Shown: positions 1-6,493 of the stretch, one piece after another
Layout: every line of letters starts with the position of its first letter
Position numbering within the stretch: position 1 is the first letter of the stretch
DNA from: a virus
Strand: one strand, 5' to 3'
DNA: 40,674 nucleotides
IMG/VR virus record: IMGVR_UViG_3300043932_000061
The notes under the pieces: generated by a model
Seen by the model: the letters and a program-made list of their open reading frames with translations, nothing else
Databases searched by the model: none
What the model was told of the DNA's origin: nothing
Position numbers and translations under genes: made by a program

Positions 1-127
1 CGCCTGCCCATTGCCTGTCGGAAAGCAGGCGTAAAAATAATATTATTCAGATCACGAATATATTTTGTTTGTCTGATTTTAATTTACAGAATTGCATCTG
101 GTTTAGCTCTGTACCTAACAGAGCATT
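1..127. repeat. Terminal overlap identical to 40548..40674 (circular closure or assembly overlap)
   Basis: Compared base by base: 1..127 equals 40548..40674 exactly, so the window ends are contiguous and the unique unit is 40547 bp. Confidence 0.95.
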
Positions 128-129
128 CT

Positions 130-237
130 AGGATATAGCCAGCCATTGGCGAGCTGGGGTAGTGGCAATTCTACCGAGATATAGCTAAGCATGCCAGCGA
201 CAATTATCTCTTATCGGTTCAATTCCGATGTATCCTC
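130..237 (+). ncRNA. Oversized tRNA-like module (class II-like with an expanded variable arm)
   Basis: Acceptor AGGATAT/GTATCCT. D arm CCAG-CCATTGGCGAG-CTGG. Helix GGTAG/CTACC with 8-nt loop TGGCAATT. 6-bp arm GAGATA/TATCTC with 24-nt loop. T arm ATCGG-TTCAATT-CCGAT. Confidence 0.5.
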
Positions 238-301
238 TAGATTAGCTTTTAGTTATTACGGTTTTCCCAGGTTTGTTTGTTTCGTGACAAAAGCTAATCT
301 A
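238..301 (+). ncRNA. Perfect 13-bp hairpin spacer between tRNA-like modules
   Basis: TAGATTAGCTTTT (238-250) pairs perfectly with AAAAGCTAATCTA (289-301). 38-nt loop contains (GTTT)3. Confidence 0.6.
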
Positions 302-306
302 AACTT

Positions 307-402
307 GGCTCGTTGGTCAAATGGCTAAGAAATGGGTGGATTAACTGACAAGGTAGTTGCCCTTTAACGGTGGAGTTACAAGTTCAATTCTTGTACGAGC
401 TA
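307..402 (+). ncRNA. tRNA-like module with an insertion in the D region
   Basis: Acceptor GGCTCGT/ACGAGCT (G1.U72). T arm ACAAG-TTCAATT-CTTGT. Two alternative internal folds: TAACT/AGTTG with 8-nt loop, or TTGCC/GGTGG with 7-nt loop CTTTAAC. Confidence 0.45.
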
Positions 403-420
403 TTAGATCTAAAATAAAAA

Positions 421-495
421 AGTAGTATTGAAGATGGTATAATCAGGATGCCGGCAATCATGGAGAATGTAGGTTCAAGTCTTACCCTTACTACT
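421..495 (+). ncRNA. Degenerate tRNA-like module (possible tRNA pseudogene)
   Basis: T arm GTAGG-TTCAAGT-CTTAC. Acceptor AGTAGTA pairs perfectly with TACTACT only after a 3-nt CCT bulge. 3-bp D-like stem. Weak central arm with loop CCGGCAAT. Confidence 0.4.
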
Positions 496-500
496 TATCT

Positions 501-574
501 GGTAACTTAGCTCAGTTAGTAGAGCATTGGTGTGAAGTACCAAGCTAGCGATGGTTCGATCCCATCAGTTGCCA
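501..574 (+). tRNA. tRNA, anticodon GAA (Phe-like), with atypical positions
   Basis: Full cloverleaf read by hand: acceptor GGTAACT/AGTTGCC, D arm GCTC-AGTTAGTA-GAGC, anticodon arm TTGGT-GTGAAGT-ACCAA, 6-nt variable loop, T arm GATGG-TTCGATC-CCATC. Deviations: A at a conserved D-loop G, G32, and no encoded CCA. Confidence 0.6.
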
Positions 575-611
575 TAGGAGGCTGATCACCTCCACGATTC
601 ATGAAAAGGGT

Positions 612-682
612 AGCGATATAGCTTAATCGGTGGAGCGGGCCGTGAAAACGGCTGCGGGGCGGTTCGAATCCGTCTATCGCTA
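612..682 (+). tRNA. tRNA-like gene with a shortened anticodon loop (TGAAAA; GAA-type)
   Basis: Acceptor AGCGATA/TATCGCT, D arm GCTT-AATCGGTG-GAGC, T arm GGCGG-TTCGAAT-CCGTC. The anticodon stem GGCCG/CGGCT encloses only 6 nt, and can also fold as GCCGT-GAAA-ACGGC. Confidence 0.5.
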
Positions 683-717
683 TTGCTGGAACAACCAGCT
701 TTCAATTTATTCATCTC

Positions 718-750
718 AAAGAGTAATTATTTTTTAGTTACTCTTTTTTT
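718..750 (+). terminator. Rho-independent terminator closing the RNA locus
   Basis: AAAGAGTAA/TTACTCTTT 9-bp stem followed by a T-run. Confidence 0.6.
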
Positions 751-761
751 GTTACCTCCTC

Positions 762-790
762 TTGATTATGCATACTATTATATGTATAAT
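762..790 (+). promoter_or_regulatory. Sigma-A type promoter of the hicAB/late-side operon
   Basis: TTGATT (762-767), 17-nt spacer, TATAAT (785-790). ATGCAT motifs at 768-773 and 789-794 flank the -10. Confidence 0.6.
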
Positions 791-822
791 GCATGTATAA
801 AGTAAAGAGAGGAGGCGAGAAT

Positions 823-1044
823 ATGCCATGGAAACCTGCTAAAATGCTAAGATTTCTGAAAAAACATGGTTTTGTTGAGATTGGAAGATATACTCATAAA
901 GGTACAAGTCACATCAAACTTATCAATCATGAAACAAACCGCTATACCGAAGTTCCTATGCATAAAAGCAAAGAGCTTAAAAAAGGTATGGAGGCAGGAA
1001 TCTTAAAGCAAGCTGGTTTGACCAAAGAAGCACGTTCTAAGTAA
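823..1044 (+). CDS. hicA: HicA-family mRNA interferase toxin
   Basis: ORF 793..1044, with the best SD (GAGGAGG) before the ATG at 823. The LRFLKKHGF...GSHIK...VPMH..KELKKG..ILKQAGL pattern is typical of HicA/YcfA. Confidence 0.8.
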   Translation: MPWKPAKMLRFLKKHGFVEIGRYTHKGTSHIKLINHETNRYTEVPMHKSKELKKGMEAGILKQAGLTKEARSK

Positions 1045-1067
1045 CGCGCTTTTGGCGTATTCAGATT

Positions 1068-1463
1068 ATGAAGAAACAAGTTTTATATCCTGTAATTGCA
1101 AAAGAATACAATGACGAAGATGGTCATTATTTTGTTATTACGTCTCCTAATGTACAAGGAATGGTTGTTGAAGGAGACACATTAGAGGATGCAGTCGAAG
1201 AGGCAGCAATTGATATTGCTGATTGGTTCGAAGTAAAAGGAAAAGTAGAAGAAGCACAAGATCCTTCTAACTGGTCTTTAGAGAATGATGAAAGATTAGT
1301 TTACGTTCCTGTAAATCTTTCAAAGTTTTATGAAAAATACGGTAAAACAGTAAGAAAGAGCATAACCATTCCTGAATATCTTGCCTTGTGGGCTAAAGAA
1401 AATAAGATTAATGTTTCAAGAGTAGCTTCTGATGCTTTAAGAGGCTTACAAGAAAGCAAATAA
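1068..1463 (+). CDS. hicB: HicB-family antitoxin with a ribbon-helix-helix-like C-terminus
   Basis: N-terminal HicB pattern (YPVI..DG.Y.V..P...G....GDTLEDAVEEA) and C-terminal KSITIPEYL...VSRVASDALRGL. Lies immediately after hicA. Confidence 0.75.
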   Translation: MKKQVLYPVIAKEYNDEDGHYFVITSPNVQGMVVEGDTLEDAVEEAAIDIADWFEVKGKVEEAQDPSNWSLENDERLVYVPVNLSKFYEKYGKTVRKSITIPEYLALWAKENKINVSRVASDALRGLQESK

Positions 1464-1473
1464 GGAGATAGTT

Positions 1474-1941
1474 ATGAAGGCTTTGTCAATCCATGGTAAT
1501 TACATTATGGATATTATCAACGGTACCAAAACAATTGAATATAGAACGTGGACAACAAACTATAGAGGTCCATTGCTACTGTGTGCTTCAGCAAAGAAGT
1601 ATCCTAATTCAATCTATGGTCATGCTATTTGTGTAGCTATGATTAAAGATATTGAATGGAATGAAGAAGATCAGCTTTATTACTGGCACATTGAACCATT
1701 CAAAAAGGGTGGTAGCTATCTAATTGAACCGATTAAGGTAAAGGGGCAGTTAAAGCTATATAATGTTGATGACAAACTGATTAAGTCAGCTCCATTTGTA
1801 AAAGTAGAACATAGTAATCCCAAGTTTGATGAATGGTATAACAAAAAAATCAAACCGTTAATCTATGTTCCAAAAAGAAAAGTAAAAAAGAACGTTGAAC
1901 CACAGCTCAGCAAATTTAAAAAGTTTCATATTGTTCACTAA
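1474..1941 (+). CDS. ASCH (PUA-like) domain protein
   Basis: N-terminal ALSIHGNYIMDIINGTKTIEYR resembles the ASCH domain; recalled similarity only. Confidence 0.45.
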   Translation: MKALSIHGNYIMDIINGTKTIEYRTWTTNYRGPLLLCASAKKYPNSIYGHAICVAMIKDIEWNEEDQLYYWHIEPFKKGGSYLIEPIKVKGQLKLYNVDDKLIKSAPFVKVEHSNPKFDEWYNKKIKPLIYVPKRKVKKNVEPQLSKFKKFHIVH

Positions 1942-1966
1942 GCGCTTTAGTAGCGCTTTTTATTTT
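1940..1966 (+). terminator. Rho-independent terminator after the hicAB-ASCH unit
   Basis: AAGCGCT-TTAGT-AGCGCTT hairpin followed by TTTTATTTT. Confidence 0.65.
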
Positions 1967-1980
1967 ACAGAGGATTAAAA

Positions 1981-2634
1981 ATGAGCTTACTTGATGCAAT
2001 TAAGACACAGGCACAGATCACTGATAAAGTGCTTGTGTCTTTTTCTATGGGAAAAGATAGTATTGTGACACTTGATTTATGTATGAAGTACTTCAAGACA
2101 GTACAACCATTCTTTATGTACTTAGTTCCTGGACTTAAGTTTCAAGAAGAAGCGCTAGCTAAGTATGAGCGTCACTATGGTGTTGACATTATTAGAGTGC
2201 CACACTTTGAAAATGCTGATTTTTATAGATATGGTTCTTTTAGGGATGCTGATTATTCAGTGCCTAGAGTTAAGATTAGAGCTATTTATGAAGCAATCAG
2301 ACGAGAAACTGGTATTCAGTGGATAGCCGGCGGAGAAAAGATTAATGACTCTGTAGTACGTAGAGCTATGCTGAAGCATTCAGGATCAATTGACGTTGAG
2401 CGTGGACGATTCTATCCCGTTATGTACTGGCGAGATGCGGACATCAAAAGGTACATGCAAGTTAATAACTTATTGTATCCAGAATTTAACCGTAAATTAG
2501 GTTTTAGTTTTCATAGCTTAGCCGGCAAAGAGTTGTCAGCAATTAAACGCATATATCCACAGGATTATCAAAGAATTTTAAAGTTTTTCCCAGAAGCAGA
2601 AGCCGGTGTGCTGCAATATGAAGTTTACAAGTGA
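1981..2634 (+). CDS. PAPS reductase / PP-loop ATP pyrophosphatase family protein
   Basis: PP-loop-like VLVSFSMGKDS near the N-terminus; size and layout fit phage PAPS-reductase-like proteins. Confidence 0.7.
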   Translation: MSLLDAIKTQAQITDKVLVSFSMGKDSIVTLDLCMKYFKTVQPFFMYLVPGLKFQEEALAKYERHYGVDIIRVPHFENADFYRYGSFRDADYSVPRVKIRAIYEAIRRETGIQWIAGGEKINDSVVRRAMLKHSGSIDVERGRFYPVMYWRDADIKRYMQVNNLLYPEFNRKLGFSFHSLAGKELSAIKRIYPQDYQRILKFFPEAEAGVLQYEVYK

Positions 2635-2639
2635 GGTGA

Positions 2640-3143
2640 ATGTCAATGGCTAAAGAAATAAAACTAAATACTTTCGCAGATTATGTTGCTAATGCACGTT
2701 ATATTCCTTTAAACGATCGGCAAAAAAGAGCTAGAGCTAAAGAAGAAAAAGCACGAAAGAAGAGAATAGCTGATCGGACAAAGGAAGTTCGAAGGATGAA
2801 ATATACTTCTAAAGAAAGGCAAGCTTATTTAAAAGCTTTACGTTACGGTCGTAGACAAAAAGCTGGTGGAGAATTTAAGGCGGTTCCTAAGGTCAAATTT
2901 AACGGTGGAAGCTTAGGAGTAATGAAAGATGGCAACGGTGTTGTTAGAGTGATTGCTAATCACCCAGAGAAAGGTATGGTTACTATTCTAGGTCCTAGAG
3001 GTCCAAAAGATGCAACAAATTTTAGTACAGTAGCTGTTTCTACTAGCCATGGCTCAAAGGCTGCAAAAATGATTAAAAGTGCATTAGCAAGCGTTAGCAA
3101 AGGTAAATATAAACTGGGCTCAACTGGAAGTAGGGGAGGATAG
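2640..3143 (+). CDS. Hypothetical basic protein
   Basis: 167-aa Lys/Arg-rich ORF; the start is more likely the ATG at 2646 because of SD spacing. No family recognised. Confidence 0.5.
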   Translation: MSMAKEIKLNTFADYVANARYIPLNDRQKRARAKEEKARKKRIADRTKEVRRMKYTSKERQAYLKALRYGRRQKAGGEFKAVPKVKFNGGSLGVMKDGNGVVRVIANHPEKGMVTILGPRGPKDATNFSTVAVSTSHGSKAAKMIKSALASVSKGKYKLGSTGSRGG

Positions 3144-3145
3144 CT

Positions 3146-3526
3146 GTGGTAGTTTCTAATGAACGTAAGAAGCAACGAATTTTACATCATGCTTCTTCTG
3201 TCGCCTCAACGATGAAAAATGGCCAAAGAAAGTTTATTCCACGTCAAAAAGTAAATGGCGGTAAAGTCATGATAGAAAAAGCTTCTGGAGATAAATTTAA
3301 AGTCTATATGGCATCAGACAAAAGATTTCAAGGTATGCGTGGTAAACAGCAATATGCTATTGAAGTTTATGATGGTTCTAAAAAAGGCATAAGCAATAGT
3401 GGTGGTGTTTATCGACAAGGTAGTGATATGTTCAAAAAATACGGTCTAAGCTTTTTACTTATAAATCAGGTAGAAAGTCTTTTAAAGAGGGATCAACAGG
3501 GAGCAGAGGAGGTTAGTTATGTCTAA
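3146..3526 (+). CDS. Hypothetical basic protein (GTG start)
   Basis: 126-aa ORF with SD AGGGGAGGA upstream. Shares a P..K.NGG....K..G motif with the preceding ORF. Confidence 0.5.
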   Translation: MVVSNERKKQRILHHASSVASTMKNGQRKFIPRQKVNGGKVMIEKASGDKFKVYMASDKRFQGMRGKQQYAIEVYDGSKKGISNSGGVYRQGSDMFKKYGLSFLLINQVESLLKRDQQGAEEVSYV

Positions 3527-4220
3527 ACCATTGCAGCAATTTGAATATGGAACAGTTAAGCGCAGTCAGATCAAGTTTGCTGATTATAATCCACGTATTA
3601 TTGACGAAGGCAACCAAAAGAAACTTGTTAAAGCAATTCGAGAGAATGGATTAATAGAACCGCTAGTTTGGAATAAACGTACAGGCGTCCTTGTAGGTGG
3701 TCATCAACGGTTAACGGCAGCAGATAAGATTTATCGTAAAAAAGATTATGATGTTCCAGTAGCAATCATTGATGTTGATGAAAAGACGGAAAAGAAATTA
3801 AATGTGCAGCTTAATAATCCAAGTATGCAAGGTGACTGGGATTTAGACGAGCTATTTAATCTTTCGCAAGATGTCTCTTTTGAGGATATGGGCTTTAACA
3901 AGTCTGATATCGACTTTATGTTTGACGGGGATGTTGATTTTGATGGAAGTTTGTCAGAAAACGATGAACCATCAAAGACATCAACACCTTACGATGATGA
4001 AGTTGAAGATGAGAAAGATAAGATGACTAAACTTGCTGAATTTAATCAGACTAAAAGTGAGTTTAGAAAGAAAGAAAATGATTCAACCATTATTAATTTT
4101 TATACAAAAGTAATCTTTCCTAGTAATGAAGTTAAGGAAGAAGTATATAGAAAAGCTAGCATCCCTGCTAATGAAGAATACATTACATGGGATCAGTTGA
4201 AGAGATACTTCAATAGATAG
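3519..4220 (+). CDS. ParB/sulfiredoxin-like N-terminal domain protein
   Basis: ADYNPR...LVKAIRENGLIEPLV....GVLVGGHQRL matches the ParB-N nuclease-like motif. Acidic C-terminal half. Confidence 0.7.
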   Translation: MSKPLQQFEYGTVKRSQIKFADYNPRIIDEGNQKKLVKAIRENGLIEPLVWNKRTGVLVGGHQRLTAADKIYRKKDYDVPVAIIDVDEKTEKKLNVQLNNPSMQGDWDLDELFNLSQDVSFEDMGFNKSDIDFMFDGDVDFDGSLSENDEPSKTSTPYDDEVEDEKDKMTKLAEFNQTKSEFRKKENDSTIINFYTKVIFPSNEVKEEVYRKASIPANEEYITWDQLKRYFNR

Positions 4221-4245
4221 TTTGTGAAAAAATGGAGGTGATTTA

Positions 4246-4524
4246 ATGGCTCAACAGTTAGATCTATTTAGTGCTAGTCGTACGACGGCTTACCGAAATC
4301 AACACCGAGTAATACAACGAAGATTAAAGACAACTGGTAGTGGTGACCGTAAGATTGAAAGAATGACTAATCGTATTACTGGTGGACAAAGTATGAGAGC
4401 TAACGGCAATAGATTAAATCAAGCATTAACTAGTGTTAGACGAAGTGTTAGATCAGTAAAGATTGCTTTAAGAAGAAGTGGAGTTAAGGTTAAAAGAAGT
4501 TCTTTTGGTAGCAAAGGTGGTTAA
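4246..4524 (+). CDS. Hypothetical highly basic small protein
   Basis: 92-aa Arg-rich ORF with SD GGAGGTG upstream. Confidence 0.45.
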   Translation: MAQQLDLFSASRTTAYRNQHRVIQRRLKTTGSGDRKIERMTNRITGGQSMRANGNRLNQALTSVRRSVRSVKIALRRSGVKVKRSSFGSKGG

Positions 4525-4542
4525 AGTTATGGGGTGGATTAG

Positions 4543-5208
4543 ATGGCACATGCTGAATACAAGAAATGGCTAGAGCCTGATAATCTCACTAAGCTTAGAT
4601 CATGGGCTAGAGATGGCTTAACCAATGAACAGATAGCCAAGAAGATTGGTGTTAAACGTCAAACCTTTCAAAGATGGTTAAGTACATATAGTGACATGAG
4701 TGACGCCCTGAAAAAAGGTAAAGAAATAGTTGATGCTGAAATTGAAGACTCTTTCATTTCAGTTATGAAGAAACACACTCTTACCACTACACAATATAAG
4801 ATGGTCAAGAAAGATGAGTTTAATCTTAAAGCTGAACGTACTAAGTTTGCTAACATTTATAAGCTAGATCATCCACAAGCTACACGGGAAGAGATAGCAA
4901 TTGCAACAGCAGAGAATGTTGACGTTTATGAAAAAATACCTATAAGCAAGACAGTAACAGAAGTGGATCCAAACGCCTCTGCTATTATTTTTTGGCTTAA
5001 AAATAGGCGTCCAGACATTTACCGTGATCAAACATTCCAGAAACTTAATGAAGCTAATGCTCGTAAGACACTTGCAGAGGCACAACTTAGTGAAGCACAG
5101 CTTAAGGCGCTTGAAGAAAATGATGATCCAAGCAATAAGACAATCATTGTAGACGATATAAGGGAGATTGATAGCAATGGCAATAGTAAAACTAAGCCAG
5201 GAGATTAA
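4543..5208 (+). CDS. terS: Terminase small subunit
   Basis: N-terminal HTH (GLTNEQIAKKIGVKRQTFQRW) and position directly upstream of, and overlapping, terL. Confidence 0.7.
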   Translation: MAHAEYKKWLEPDNLTKLRSWARDGLTNEQIAKKIGVKRQTFQRWLSTYSDMSDALKKGKEIVDAEIEDSFISVMKKHTLTTTQYKMVKKDEFNLKAERTKFANIYKLDHPQATREEIAIATAENVDVYEKIPISKTVTEVDPNASAIIFWLKNRRPDIYRDQTFQKLNEANARKTLAEAQLSEAQLKALEENDDPSNKTIIVDDIREIDSNGNSKTKPGD

Positions 5209-6481
5209 TCCTCACTTTTATACCGCATGGAATAGTAATAAGCCTTATCAAGTTTATAAGGGTGGCCGTGGTTCTTTTAAGTCGTCAGTAATCAGCTTCA
5301 AGCTTGTTACCACAATGATGAAGTATATTGCGCAAGGCAAAACAGTAAACATCATTTGTGTACGTGAAAATCAACGCTATTTACGTGACAGTGTTTATAA
5401 CCAGATTCTATGGGCTATGAATAAGTTGCACGTTGAAAGTGAGTTCAGAACTCGTGTATCACCTTTAACGATTACTCATATAAGGACAGGATCAACATTC
5501 TACTTCTACGGTGCTAATGATCCAATGAAACTTAAATCCAACATTGTGGGTAATGTGATAGCGGTTTGGTTTGAAGAGTTTGCTAACTTAAAAAGTGTTG
5601 ATGTATTCGATCAATCGGTACCTACGTTCATTAGACAAAAACCCGATTTTGCAGAGCAGGTAAAGGTTTATATTTCATACAATCCACCGCGCAATCCTTA
5701 CGCATGGGTGAATGAATGGATTACACAGCGCCAAACTGATCCTGATTACTTCATAGACACAAGCACCTACTTAGACGACAAGCTAGGCTTTACCACTAAG
5801 CAGCAATTAGACCTGATTGAGACATATAAGCGTAATGATCCGGACTATTACCGCTGGCTATACCTTGGTGAAGCTGTTGGATTGGGTACTAATGTCTATA
5901 ATATGAATCTGTTTAAGGTTGTGGATAAGATACCAGATGATGAATATATCACTGAAATCTTTTACGGCATGGATACCGGATTTATGGTATCTGCTACCGC
6001 TTGTGTAGCGTGTGCTTTAACTAACAAGTACAACGTTTATGTACTAGATACCTTTTACTATGATCCAACTAAGTACGCTCGTAAGCTGTCAGCATCTGAA
6101 CAGGCTGAGCGTGTGCATGACTTTATCAATGAGATAACCAATAAATACGGCGTTCTACCTTATAATCAGACAATCGACTCTGCTGATGGTGGTATCTATA
6201 CACAATATTGGCAAATGTACAACACGCAGTGGTCTAAGGTACATAAGTTGAGTGAAGCAGCAATGATTGACCGTGTTGAGGATCTTCTAGCACAAGGGCG
6301 TTTATATGTTTTGAAAACACCAGGCAATGAGATATTTCTACAAGAACACCAAAAATATCAGTGGGATCCAGCTACAGTTAATAGCGATAATCCGCGCGTT
6401 ATCAAGGAAGACGATCACTCTTGCGATGCCATTAAGTACGCTATTGTGGATAATGAGCAACTACTCGGACTAGCAGCATAA
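5168..6481 (+). CDS. terL: Terminase large subunit (PBSX/Terminase_3-like)
   Basis: Walker A GGRGSFKS, Walker B-like IAVWFEEF and C-terminal nuclease acidic motifs (DSADGG, DDHSCDA). The start may be the ATG at 5177. Confidence 0.9.
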   Translation: MIAMAIVKLSQEINPHFYTAWNSNKPYQVYKGGRGSFKSSVISFKLVTTMMKYIAQGKTVNIICVRENQRYLRDSVYNQILWAMNKLHVESEFRTRVSPLTITHIRTGSTFYFYGANDPMKLKSNIVGNVIAVWFEEFANLKSVDVFDQSVPTFIRQKPDFAEQVKVYISYNPPRNPYAWVNEWITQRQTDPDYFIDTSTYLDDKLGFTTKQQLDLIETYKRNDPDYYRWLYLGEAVGLGTNVYNMNLFKVVDKIPDDEYITEIFYGMDTGFMVSATACVACALTNKYNVYVLDTFYYDPTKYARKLSASEQAERVHDFINEITNKYGVLPYNQTIDSADGGIYTQYWQMYNTQWSKVHKLSEAAMIDRVEDLLAQGRLYVLKTPGNEIFLQEHQKYQWDPATVNSDNPRVIKEDDHSCDAIKYAIVDNEQLLGLAA

Positions 6482-6493
6482 GGTGGTGAGTAT

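Larger units (their letters stand above)
1..751 (+). ncRNA. 3' part of the ORF-free structured RNA / tRNA-like array, ending at a terminator
   Basis: No ORF >=60 aa. tRNA-like modules at 130-237, 307-402, 421-495, 501-574 and 612-682, separated by hairpins (13-30, 106-124, 238-301, 577-593). Terminator at 718-750. Confidence 0.55.

Noticed and set aside
322-334. A 13-nt match, GGCTAAGAAATGG, shared by the tRNA-like module at 307-402 and the attP-region repeat at 28533-28545
   Set aside because: A match of this length is expected by chance several times in a 40-kb AT-rich genome, and it does not extend.
576-621. AGGAGG followed by a 6-codon mini-ORF (ATG at 601) between the two tRNAs
   Set aside because: The SD is 19 nt from the ATG and is sequestered in the GGAGG/CCUCC hairpin. 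It is more likely an RNA structural element.
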